A DNA stretch of 64,000 nt from Planctomycetaceae bacterium (GTDB lineage: Bacteria; Planctomycetota; Planctomycetia; Pirellulales; Pirellulaceae), in contig QIKY01000054.1 in the NCBI GenBank assembly GCA_003233175.1, positions 296-64,295 of the forward strand. The letters run 5' to 3'. How positions within the stretch are numbered: position 1 is the stretch's first letter; every line of letters starts with the position of its first letter. The position numbers were made by a program, and so were the translations under genes. The notes below the pieces were generated by a model. It worked only from the letters and a program-made list of their open reading frames with translations, was not told the origin of the DNA and did no database searches. Of the stretch, positions 53,042 through 62,365 are shown piece by piece.

Positions 53042-55231
53042 ATGCTGGAAATACCGCTCATTTTCGCTGCCGGTCTGTTCGAGAGTTGGCTGTTGCTGGG
53101 CTGGACCGCCGCCGCCGCGGCGCCGATTTTGATCCACCTTTGGAATCAAAAAAACTATCGCGAAGCGCCCTGGGCGGCGATGTCGTTTTTGCTTGCCGCG
53201 TTGGAAAAGCATTCCCGCCGCATGCATCTCGAACAGTGGCTGCTCTTGGCGCTGCGCACGCTCATTTTGTTACTGTTCGGTTTGGCGTTGGCGAACCCAG
53301 GTTGTGATCAAACCGGCCAAACGGCGCAAGCCTTGGCGCCGACCGAAGCGGTGCATACGGTCTTGGTGTTGGACGCCTCCTACTCCATGCGTTTTCGGGA
53401 AGGCGGGCAAACGCTGTTCGAGCAAGCACAAGAAAAAGCCCGCGAGTTGGTCGCGGCTTCGCCAAGAGGCGATAGTTTCACGCTCGTCTTGCTGGCCGAC
53501 CCCGCGGAAATCGTGATCGGCCGGCCCTCGGTTTCGCGGGATGACGTGAGCAACGAAATTGCCGCGTTGTCGCCCACCGATGGCGGCGCCGGACTCACCG
53601 CCGCGCTGACGCTCGTCGAACAGATTTTGCAAAACGCCAAGCAGAGCCGTCCTGATACAACGCGCCAGCAGATCGTTCTTTATTCCGATCTACAAAGCAC
53701 TACCTGGCACGTCGCCGCCGGACGCGACTTCCGCCGCCGGCTGGCGCAACTGTCCGACAAAGCCTCGCTATCGGTAGTGGAAGTTGGCGCGGCGCGAGGC
53801 GAAAATCTGGCAATTTCAGCTTTCGATGTCGACCAGAACATCATCGTCGCCGGGCGGTCGGTTGTATTTCGCGCCGCCTTGCAAAACCACGCGCCGCTGG
53901 AGCAAAAGGAGCTGCTCGTCGAACTGCTCGTCGACGGACGCCTGCAAGACCAGCAAACCGTCGACATTCCCGCCAACGGTCAAGCGACGGTCCTCTTTCC
54001 ATACGAATTCGACGCCCCCGGCGAGAAGACGCTCGAAGTGAGAACCAAGCCCGACCGCCTCGAACGCGACAACCATCGCTGGCTGGCCCTTTCAGTGCGA
54101 GATTCCATTCGCGCACTCTGCGTGCGTTCTCAAGAAGGCGACGCCCGCAATGCGGCGTTCGCGCTGAACCCTGGAGGCGCCGGCGAAACGGGCGTGCGGG
54201 TCGACGTGCAGGAAGCTGACGCCCTGCGAAATTCGGTGCTCGAGAGGTACGATGTTGTTTTCCTTTGCAACGTGGGTTCGCTCGACCCCGCCGCAGCGAA
54301 AGCGTTGGAGCGTTTTGTCGTGCAAGGCGGCGGCCTGACGATATTCGCCGGAGACGCCGTACAGCCCACGGTTTATAATCGGGAAATCGGCCCCGATTCG
54401 CCGCATCCTCTCTTGCCGGCTCGGTTGGGCGGCGTGCTAGAGGGCGCCGTGCGTTTCGATCCCAGTGAATACGAACACGCAATCGTGTCGCCTTTTCGCG
54501 GACACCAACAGTCGGGGTTGCTCACAACACCTATTTGGAAAACGCTGCAACTCGATGACGTGGCCGCTGCGGCGAACGTGGCCTTGTACTTCGACAGCGG
54601 CGCACCCGCCATCGTGGAGCAGGCCGTCGGCCAAGGACGCGTGCTCGTGATCGCGACCAGTATTTCCTCCGGGGCCGATGCTTGGTCGGCGTTGGCCGCC
54701 TGGCCCAGTTTCCCGCCTCTCATGCAAGAGATATTGAACGTCGCGTTGCGCGGCCGGGCCGAAATTCGCAACACGCTGGTCGGCCTTCCCCTGACCGGTA
54801 AATTCCCGGAGTCGCTCGAAACGCCCACCGCCGCCATGCTGCTTCCCGACGAACAACGTCAAACGCTCAACCCCAAGGCGCGAAACGCCAACGCGTCGGA
54901 CCCCGCTTCGCAAAACAATAATAGCAACGCCAACACTTGGACCTTCACCAAGACCTTCCAAAGCGGAGTCTATCGGTTGGAGTCGGGTTCGAAGAATCTG
55001 CCCGCGCATGTGTATGCGGTGAATGTTGACACGCGCGAAGGCGTCTTGGAGCGGGTCAGTCCTGAAGAGCTTCCTGCGCAATTTCGGTTTGACGCGGTGG
55101 CGCGCGTCCGGCGGGTGGCGGCTTCCTCCGGCGGCCACCGCGATGAATACTTCCGCCTATTCCTAGGGGCGGTGGCGGCGCTGCTTTTTGTGGAATCCGT
55201 CCTGGCTTGGTGGATGGGGCCCAGTAGATAA
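53042..55231 (+). CDS. BatA-type N-terminal double-TM + VWA domain membrane protein
   Basis: An aerotolerance-type N-terminus (PILIHLWNQKNYREAPWAAMSFLL...LLLALRTLILLL), a MIDAS motif (LVLDASYSM), a GATase1-like segment (YDVVFLCNVG...VVQGGGLTIFAGD) and a C-terminal TM helix. Confidence 0.8.
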   Translation: MLEIPLIFAAGLFESWLLLGWTAAAAAPILIHLWNQKNYREAPWAAMSFLLAALEKHSRRMHLEQWLLLALRTLILLLFGLALANPGCDQTGQTAQALAPTEAVHTVLVLDASYSMRFREGGQTLFEQAQEKARELVAASPRGDSFTLVLLADPAEIVIGRPSVSRDDVSNEIAALSPTDGGAGLTAALTLVEQILQNAKQSRPDTTRQQIVLYSDLQSTTWHVAAGRDFRRRLAQLSDKASLSVVEVGAARGENLAISAFDVDQNIIVAGRSVVFRAALQNHAPLEQKELLVELLVDGRLQDQQTVDIPANGQATVLFPYEFDAPGEKTLEVRTKPDRLERDNHRWLALSVRDSIRALCVRSQEGDARNAAFALNPGGAGETGVRVDVQEADALRNSVLERYDVVFLCNVGSLDPAAAKALERFVVQGGGLTIFAGDAVQPTVYNREIGPDSPHPLLPARLGGVLEGAVRFDPSEYEHAIVSPFRGHQQSGLLTTPIWKTLQLDDVAAAANVALYFDSGAPAIVEQAVGQGRVLVIATSISSGADAWSALAAWPSFPPLMQEILNVALRGRAEIRNTLVGLPLTGKFPESLETPTAAMLLPDEQRQTLNPKARNANASDPASQNNNSNANTWTFTKTFQSGVYRLESGSKNLPAHVYAVNVDTREGVLERVSPEELPAQFRFDAVARVRRVAASSGGHRDEYFRLFLGAVAALLFVESVLAWWMGPSR

Positions 55232-55245
55232 AAACGGCGCGCGGC

Positions 55246-57672
55246 ATGAACGAACCAATGCAAAACACGTTCCTCAAGGCGGTGCTCCGCTGGCTTGCCG
55301 CGCCGCCTCCCTGCGCCGGACAAGGGAGCGATTTCTCGATCGAAAGCCAATGGGGCGCCAGCCCCGCGTTCGTTCTGGTGTTGCTCTTGGCGGCCTTGGC
55401 GCTGGTTGGCGTTATCTATCTGCGAGACAACCATTTACCCTCGTGGCGGGTGCGCGTCGGCTTGGCGTGCTTGCGATTTGCCGCTATTGGAACCGTTGTT
55501 TTCATGCTCTATGGCTGGTCGCTTCGCGTGCATTGCACCGACCTGCCCGACATTGTGCTCGTCGTCGACGACTCCGCCAGCATGTTGCACGTCGATCAAT
55601 ACTCACCCCAAACACACAAAAAGCTGCTGCGCAAACTTCAAGATTTGGGAATTTCATCCCCTCGCCGAATCGACGTCGTCAAGGCCTTGCTCTCGCCGCC
55701 GGCATTGCAAAAGCTGCAAGAAGGGCGACACGTGCGCGTGTTTCGCTTGGCCGCCAGCGCCCGCTTGCAAGACCGGCAAGACATTCAAGACGAGAACCTG
55801 CTCTCGACGCTGGGCCGCATACAAATCGACCAGGAAAATGCAACCTCCCAACAAAGCGCCCTCGGCGACGGACTACGCGATATTCTCGAATCGCAACGCG
55901 GCCGCTCGACCGCCGCCGTGGTGTTGCTGACCGACGGCATCACCAACAAAGGCCGACTCATTTCCGTCGCGGCGCAACTCGCGCGGCGCAAGGCGATACC
56001 GTTGTATATCGTGGGAATTGGGCAAGCGACGCCGCCCCAGGATGTCGCGCTGGCCGATTTGCTGGTCGACGACATCGTGTTCGTGAACGACTTGGTGCAT
56101 TTCGATTTTCAACTCAAACAGCAGGGCTTTGGGCGGCGGAAGGTGGAAGTTCGCCTGCGCGAAAAAGGCCGTGATGAAATACTGGCCCGTGAAACCATCG
56201 TGCTCGAAGGCGAGCAGGCGAGCGAAGCGGTGCGGCTGACGCACCGCCCGCCCCAAGTAGGCGATTTTGAATACATCGTCGAGGCCGACGTTCTAAAAGG
56301 CGAAGCCAACGCCGCCAACAACCTGCTCGCGCGGCGCGTGAGCGTGCGCGATGAAACCATTCGCCTGCTCTTGATTCAATCGCAGCCAAGTTGGGAGTAT
56401 CAATATTTGAAAATCCTGTTCGGCCGCGAACTCAAACGCGAAGGCGAATCGAAGGCCGTCGACCTGACGACCGTGCTGCAAGAGGCCGATCCTGAAATCG
56501 TTTCCGTCGACCAAACGGCGCAGCGCATGGCGCCGGTCCGACGTGAAGATCTTTTTCAGTACGATGTGATTATCTTCGGCGACGTCAACCCTCGGCTGCT
56601 GGCCCGAACCACCATGGAAAACATTGCCGCGTTTGTCACGGAGCGCGGCGGCGGGTTGATTGTCGTGGCGGGGCCGAATTTCACGCCGCTGGCCTTTCGC
56701 GGCACGCCGCTGGAAGACGTGCTGCCGATCAAACTCGAAACGGCGTCGCCGCCGGCGCCCGACGAACCGCTGGTGGAGGAGTTCGTCGTCACGCCTACCG
56801 AATTGGGGCTCTCGCGGCCGCAAATGCAAATCGGCGAGAACCGCGCCGATACGCTACGCGTCTGGGCCGACTTGCCGGGCATCCGCTGGTTTGTCGCGAC
56901 GCCCGACCTCAAACCCGGCGCACGCGTGCTGGCCGAACATCCGCAACGCACCGACGCCCGTGGGCATCGGTTGCCGTTAATCACTTCGCATTTCGCCGGC
57001 GCCGGCAAGGTGGTGTTTCATGCCTTCGATGAATCGTATCGTTGGCGGTTCCGGCGGGGCGACATTTACTTCGCTCGCTATTGGACGCAAACCATTCGGG
57101 CGTTGCGCCGCACGCGATTGTCGGGGAAGGAGCAGGCCGCGGAATTGAGCGTCGACCGCGAACAGTATCGGCAGGGCGAGGCTGTGTTGGTGCGGGTGAA
57201 ATTCTTCGACGAACGAAAAACGCCGCAACAAGACGACGCCGTTTCGATCATCGCGGCTCGCCAGGGAGGCGTGGAAAAAAAGCTCACTTTGCGTCGCGTG
57301 AAAAACGACCCCAGCCGTTTTGAGGCTGTGTTGCCGAATCTCGCGAGGGGCGATTACCGCGTCTGGCTGGCGACGCCCACGTCCAACGGAGAGCCCATTT
57401 CTCGCCGCTTTTCGGTGACCGCGCCGTTGGGCGAAAGCGAGCGACTGGCGATGAATCAGACCGACCTGGAACTGGCCGCCCAAACCAGCAAGGGCCGTTA
57501 CTACACCGCTCTAACCGCCGGCCGCATGTGGCGGGCGTTGCCCCCAGGCCGGCCGGTGCGAACCTCCACGCTGCCGCCCACGCCGCTATGGAATCTGTGG
57601 CCGTTGGCCGCCCTGTTCCTGCTGCTCGTGATCTCCGAATGGTTGCTTCGCAAGCGTATGGGAATGCTATAA
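55246..57672 (+). CDS. VWA-domain membrane protein
   Basis: N-terminal TM helices, MIDAS motif VLVVDDSASM, LLTDGITNKG, a GATase1-like segment (YDVIIFGDV...GGGLIVVAGPN) and a C-terminal TM helix. Confidence 0.8.
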   Translation: MNEPMQNTFLKAVLRWLAAPPPCAGQGSDFSIESQWGASPAFVLVLLLAALALVGVIYLRDNHLPSWRVRVGLACLRFAAIGTVVFMLYGWSLRVHCTDLPDIVLVVDDSASMLHVDQYSPQTHKKLLRKLQDLGISSPRRIDVVKALLSPPALQKLQEGRHVRVFRLAASARLQDRQDIQDENLLSTLGRIQIDQENATSQQSALGDGLRDILESQRGRSTAAVVLLTDGITNKGRLISVAAQLARRKAIPLYIVGIGQATPPQDVALADLLVDDIVFVNDLVHFDFQLKQQGFGRRKVEVRLREKGRDEILARETIVLEGEQASEAVRLTHRPPQVGDFEYIVEADVLKGEANAANNLLARRVSVRDETIRLLLIQSQPSWEYQYLKILFGRELKREGESKAVDLTTVLQEADPEIVSVDQTAQRMAPVRREDLFQYDVIIFGDVNPRLLARTTMENIAAFVTERGGGLIVVAGPNFTPLAFRGTPLEDVLPIKLETASPPAPDEPLVEEFVVTPTELGLSRPQMQIGENRADTLRVWADLPGIRWFVATPDLKPGARVLAEHPQRTDARGHRLPLITSHFAGAGKVVFHAFDESYRWRFRRGDIYFARYWTQTIRALRRTRLSGKEQAAELSVDREQYRQGEAVLVRVKFFDERKTPQQDDAVSIIAARQGGVEKKLTLRRVKNDPSRFEAVLPNLARGDYRVWLATPTSNGEPISRRFSVTAPLGESERLAMNQTDLELAAQTSKGRYYTALTAGRMWRALPPGRPVRTSTLPPTPLWNLWPLAALFLLLVISEWLLRKRMGML

Positions 57673-57828
57673 TGCGAGGCAGGCGAACGATCGGCGTGAT
57701 GAACCCAATCCCCGTTGGCCAACGGCCAACATCACCATAGCCTGGGCAACGCCCCAGGAAAAACGAATCAAAACCCCGTTGGCCGTTGGCCAAGTCGTCA
57801 ATACATCCATGCCGAACATGAGCCATTC

Positions 57829-60800
57829 ATGAAACACTTGCTGCAACAAAAAGTGCGGGCGGTCGCTCGGCGGGCAACGAGAGTTGTGCTGGCCCATGCC
57901 GTGCTGCAAGTTGTGGCGGGCGTGATTGCCGCCGGCTTGATTTTGGGCGGGCTCGATTACCTGATCCGTTTCCAAGACCCCGGCGTGCGCTGGCTCAGTA
58001 GTCTGGGCTGGCTGGCCGTTCTCGGTTGGACATGGCGGCGTTATTTGCGGCCTGCGTTGCGGTACCGGCCAACCGATGTCGCGATCGCGCAGCACATCGA
58101 ACAGATGTCGCCCACGGTTCGCTCCAACCTAGCTTCGAGCATCGCTTTTCTTTCCACGTCACCCGACGATGCAACGGCGGGTTCGGCGCAACTGCGGCGG
58201 GCGGTCATCGAGAAAACCGCCGTCGCCTGGGACGACATGCAGTGCAACGCGGTGGTTTCCTCCGCCCCCGCGCGGCGAATCGCGGTGGTGGCGTGTGTGT
58301 TCGCGGCGATTGTTTGTGTTGCCGCGGTGGGGAATCGGCGGGCCGTGCTGCTGGCGGCGCAACGTCTGGCGGCGCCGTGGGCGGCGCTGCCGTGGCCGCG
58401 CCGTCACGCGTTGGAGTTTGAAAACCCGCCCCAGCGCATTGCCGCCGGCGAACCTTTTGAAGTGCAACTCCACGACCGCAACGGCGAATTGCCCGAGCGC
58501 GTCGAGATTCAAATACTGTCTGTCCCGAACCCAGATAAGAGCGAAGGCGCCGCAGCCGCCGAAGCTTCAAATTCCGTCCTGGAGCCGAGCGTTTTCGCCA
58601 TGACCTTGCTCGACGGCAAGATGGTCTACCGGCGTAATAATGTCCAGCGGCCGTTTCGTTATCGGGCCATCGGCGGCGATGACGATTCCATGCCCTGGAT
58701 TTCGCTCGCTGTGGTGGAGGCGGTGAACCTGGAGGCGTTGCGCGTGGAGGTGCGTCCGCCGGCGTATACCGGTTGGCCTGTTGTTCACGGCGAGGGAGAT
58801 ATCACCACGATTTCCGGCTCCCGCGTTTTGTTGGCGGGTCGGGCGTCGCGGGCGCTCCATGCCGCCAGCGTGGTTGTTGAAGGCGAGGAAAAACGCGAGA
58901 TCGCGCTCGAACTTTCCGACGACCACACGAGCTTTCGCCTCACCGCCGACGCCGAACCATGGGTGTTGGAGAAATCCGGTTTCTATTGGCTGAAATTTGT
59001 CGATCAAGACGACGTCGTTTCCGGCGCCGAAGCTCGTTGGGATTTGCACATCACGCCAGACCGCGCGCCCACGGTTGCTTTGGAATCGCCGTCTGGGGCG
59101 ACATACCTTACCGTGGGCGGTTTTCTGGAAGTGGAGGCGCATTGCCAAGACGACCTTCTGCTGCACTCCGTCGAACTGCGGTATCGGCGCCACGACGAAC
59201 AGGAGGAGCACGTTATTCCGCTGTACGCCGGTTCCGATGCAGCCCCGGCGGTGGAAATGCCGCAATTCCATCAGGCCGCTCCGTTGGCGATCAAGCACCG
59301 TTGGTCGATGGAAAGCGTGGCCGGTCTGGCCGCAGGCTCCGAACTGCGGTTTTATCTGGCGGCCCAAGATTACAAGCCGCAAGAAGGACGCAGCCCTTTA
59401 CGGTCGGTCCACATTATTGGTCCCGACGAACTGCAAGATCGGTTGGCGCATCGGCAGGGCGAAGTGCTCGCCGGCTTGCTGCAGGCGTTGCGCATGCAGC
59501 GGCAGGCGCGCAGCCAAACGGAATCGCTGGGCATTCAATTGGACGAAACCAAATCGGTTGCCGGAGGCGATGTGGCGGCATTTCAAAACGCCCTGCTGCA
59601 TCAGCAGAATGTGCAGCGCGAGATTGCCGGGGAGTCGGGCGGGGTGGCGGCGAAAATTGAATCGGTGCTGGCTCGTTTGGAAAGCAGCGGCGTGCAAAAC
59701 GTGGAGCTGCAAGAACGTTTCCAGAACTTGCAGGCCCGGATGCATCGGTTGGCCGAGGGGCAATTGCCTCGGGCGGAAATGGAGTTATTAGAGGGGCTCG
59801 ATGCGGCGCGCGAGCACGGAAAGTTACAACCGGGCGACGGGAAACCCGACCTTGACGACCAGAACAGGGCGTTCGCCGATACGACGCACGCCGTCAAGGT
59901 TGCCGGGCGGCTGCAAGAGAGTATCATCGGCGAACTGGAAGAGGCAGTCGAAGACTTCCAGCAATGGGGTCGCTTTCAATCGTTGGCCCGGGAGGCCCGG
60001 CAATTGCAAAAAGAGCAAGAGGAATTACGAAAACAGACTTCAAAACAGCGGTTGCAAACGCTGGCGAAGTCCGCCGAGGAGCTTTCCGCCCAGCAACGCG
60101 CCGATCTCAAAAAACTGGCCGCCCGGCAGCAGGGCGTGGCTGAACGATTCCAAAGTTTGGAAAACGACATGGAGCGGGCGGCGGAGCAGATGCGTGAGCA
60201 GAAAAACCCCGCTGCACAAACACTCGACGACGCCCTACGCGCCACGCGCGGGCGTGCGGCGAGCGCACGCGTGCGGGAGAGCAGTCGGCGAATCTCGGAA
60301 AATCGGCTGGGCGAGGCGCTGGCCGCGCAACGGAACGCCGAACAGGCGTTGGAGGAAGTGCTCGACATCCTCTCGCACCGGCGTACGCACGAACTACAAC
60401 GCATCGTGGAAGGACTATCAGAGGCCCGGCAAGAATTGGGCGCCTTGCAGGAACGAGAGCAAAAAATCGAGCAGGCGTTGGCTGGCGGAGCGGCTGATAA
60501 CGCTTCTTCCGGCGCCTCTAAAAAGTCGAACGAAGAAGAGATGCGTCAAGCCGCGGAGACGCAACAAACGCTCGCCCAACAGATGCAACAGTTGGCCCGC
60601 CAACTCAAACGACTGCGAGCAGATCAGGCGGCCGAAGCCCTGCAAGCCGCCGCCAGCGACGCCCAAAAAAGTAGCCAGGCGGCGGAAAATAATAACCGGC
60701 CGCAGGCGCACCAAGCCGCCCAGGACGCACAGCCTCGCATCGAGGAAGCTCGGCAAGCGGTCCTGCAAGCGTTGCAGCAGGCCCGCATCGACCACTTGCA

Positions 60801-61530
60801 CGAGCAATTGCAATTACTGGCCGGCGCGCTCGATGGCCTGCTCCCCCGGCAGCAAGGCGTGTTCGATGAAGTCCGCCGCATCAACCAAGGCAGCACCGGC
60901 AAACTTGGCGCGCGCAGTGCTATTTCAGCGCTCGGCAAACAGGAAGACGCGCAGCGGGCGGTGGCCCAAGAGGCCCAACGGCGAACCAAACATTTACAAC
61001 TCCCGTCGACGTTTGAATTCGGTCTCGCCGGCGCCGTGCGGGAAATGGAAAGGACCGCCTCAGCGCTGGGCCGCCATGAGGCGGAAGCGGCTGTGGCGGC
61101 GGCCCGCCGCGCGGTGCAACGGCTGGAAGCGTTACGCGCCGCGATTCGAGCCAGTTCAAAGCCGGCGCGCGAGCCAAAGGCCAACCCCGCCGGGAAGCAG
61201 AACCAGCCGGGAGCGGATGCAAAGAACTCAGACGCCTTGCCATCGCTGGCCGAGTTAAGGCTACTCAAACAGATGCAAGACGGCGTCAATCGTCGGACCT
61301 CCGAATTGAACTCCGCTCGTTCGCCGACCAGCGGCCTGACCCCCAGTCAAAACGAAGAGTTGCAACAGTTGGCCGAGGAGCAATCGCGGTTGGCTGAAAT
61401 ATTGGCGGGTTTTCGCGCCGCGCTGGCGGATGCGTTCTCCGAACCATCCGACGAGCCATCGCCCGATACCGAAGCCTTACCCGAACTCGACGATTTGGAA
61501 CTGCTTCCTCGGAATAACGAACAGGAGTAG
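57829..61530 (+). CDS. Large membrane-anchored protein with about 600-aa Q/A/E/R-rich coiled-coil C-terminus
   Basis: Two N-terminal TM helices, then a beta-rich middle region, then a long heptad-like low-complexity tail. I chose the start at MKHLLQQKV (57829); the ORF track starts at 57715. Confidence 0.65.
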   Translation: MKHLLQQKVRAVARRATRVVLAHAVLQVVAGVIAAGLILGGLDYLIRFQDPGVRWLSSLGWLAVLGWTWRRYLRPALRYRPTDVAIAQHIEQMSPTVRSNLASSIAFLSTSPDDATAGSAQLRRAVIEKTAVAWDDMQCNAVVSSAPARRIAVVACVFAAIVCVAAVGNRRAVLLAAQRLAAPWAALPWPRRHALEFENPPQRIAAGEPFEVQLHDRNGELPERVEIQILSVPNPDKSEGAAAAEASNSVLEPSVFAMTLLDGKMVYRRNNVQRPFRYRAIGGDDDSMPWISLAVVEAVNLEALRVEVRPPAYTGWPVVHGEGDITTISGSRVLLAGRASRALHAASVVVEGEEKREIALELSDDHTSFRLTADAEPWVLEKSGFYWLKFVDQDDVVSGAEARWDLHITPDRAPTVALESPSGATYLTVGGFLEVEAHCQDDLLLHSVELRYRRHDEQEEHVIPLYAGSDAAPAVEMPQFHQAAPLAIKHRWSMESVAGLAAGSELRFYLAAQDYKPQEGRSPLRSVHIIGPDELQDRLAHRQGEVLAGLLQALRMQRQARSQTESLGIQLDETKSVAGGDVAAFQNALLHQQNVQREIAGESGGVAAKIESVLARLESSGVQNVELQERFQNLQARMHRLAEGQLPRAEMELLEGLDAAREHGKLQPGDGKPDLDDQNRAFADTTHAVKVAGRLQESIIGELEEAVEDFQQWGRFQSLAREARQLQKEQEELRKQTSKQRLQTLAKSAEELSAQQRADLKKLAARQQGVAERFQSLENDMERAAEQMREQKNPAAQTLDDALRATRGRAASARVRESSRRISENRLGEALAAQRNAEQALEEVLDILSHRRTHELQRIVEGLSEARQELGALQEREQKIEQALAGGAADNASSGASKKSNEEEMRQAAETQQTLAQQMQQLARQLKRLRADQAAEALQAAASDAQKSSQAAENNNRPQAHQAAQDAQPRIEEARQAVLQALQQARIDHLHEQLQLLAGALDGLLPRQQGVFDEVRRINQGSTGKLGARSAISALGKQEDAQRAVAQEAQRRTKHLQLPSTFEFGLAGAVREMERTASALGRHEAEAAVAAARRAVQRLEALRAAIRASSKPAREPKANPAGKQNQPGADAKNSDALPSLAELRLLKQMQDGVNRRTSELNSARSPTSGLTPSQNEELQQLAEEQSRLAEILAGFRAALADAFSEPSDEPSPDTEALPELDDLELLPRNNEQE

Positions 61531-61532
61531 CC

Positions 61533-62336
61533 ATGGGTTTTCCCATACCGTGGGCGGTTGAAAACGGCGCACATTCTCGTTTAACCGCGAGCGCGGCGGG
61601 CCTGTTGGTTGTCTTGGCAATGGCGACTCACAAAGCCGCCGCCAACCACTTGCCCGAACTTCCCGGCGAGCAGCGTTCTGGCGCCACGGCCCCCGACTTG
61701 AAGATCGACTTGGATCTGGATTTGCTCGGCGACGATCTCCTGAAAAAGCTCGACGTCGCTCCGCCGGCGAACGAAGGCCGCGGCCGACAAACTCCTCATC
61801 AACCGCCGCAGTCGGGCGATGCGCTCCCAGGGGAAGATCTGGGCGAGGCTGGCCAAAAGCTCGACCCGCTGGAGGAAATCGGCCTTCAAATGCGTGAAAT
61901 CGAACGCCGCATACTCGCCCACGACACCTCCTCCGACACGCAGGCGCTACAGAAAGCCGTGTCTGACGAACTGGCCGCGCTGATCGACCAATTGCAGAAA
62001 TCCGAGGCCAGTGCAACCGCCGCCCAAAAAGCCGCCGGGCCACAACAAGAAAAACAAGGCGGGCGGGGAGAAAGCGCCGGTCAAAGCGCTTCAGCGGAAA
62101 CGGCCGACCGCCCCGCTGGCGAGAGTCGCGACCGCCTCGGTTCGTCTGCGGAGAGTTCGGCCGAAATGCAAGATGTTCACGCACTGCTGCGAGAAGTGTG
62201 GGGGCATTTGCCGCAACGCGTGCGCGGCCAGATGCAGAACTCCTCGGTCGAACATTTTCTTCCCCAGTACGACCTACTCATTCGAGAATACTTTAAGCGA
62301 CTGACTCGCCAGAACGACGCTTCCCCCAACAACTAG
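61533..62336 (+). CDS. Hypothetical secreted/anchored acidic protein
   Basis: The ATG lies 2 nt after the upstream stop. It has an N-terminal hydrophobic segment and a conserved-looking tail (HLPQRVRGQMQNSSVEHFLPQYDLLIREYFKRL). Confidence 0.6.
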   Translation: MGFPIPWAVENGAHSRLTASAAGLLVVLAMATHKAAANHLPELPGEQRSGATAPDLKIDLDLDLLGDDLLKKLDVAPPANEGRGRQTPHQPPQSGDALPGEDLGEAGQKLDPLEEIGLQMREIERRILAHDTSSDTQALQKAVSDELAALIDQLQKSEASATAAQKAAGPQQEKQGGRGESAGQSASAETADRPAGESRDRLGSSAESSAEMQDVHALLREVWGHLPQRVRGQMQNSSVEHFLPQYDLLIREYFKRLTRQNDASPNN

Positions 62337-62365
62337 AAACGCGTAACAAAAAATGAGAAATCGTC

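Noticed and set aside
59801-61258. 485-aa alternative-frame + strand ORF and a 221-aa minus-strand ORF (60624-61289) within the coiled-coil gene
   Set aside because: They are by-products of the biased GCn/CAG-rich coding sequence of the coiled-coil tail. Both are extremely Arg/Ser/Pro- or Ala/Ser/Cys-rich and have no independent start context.
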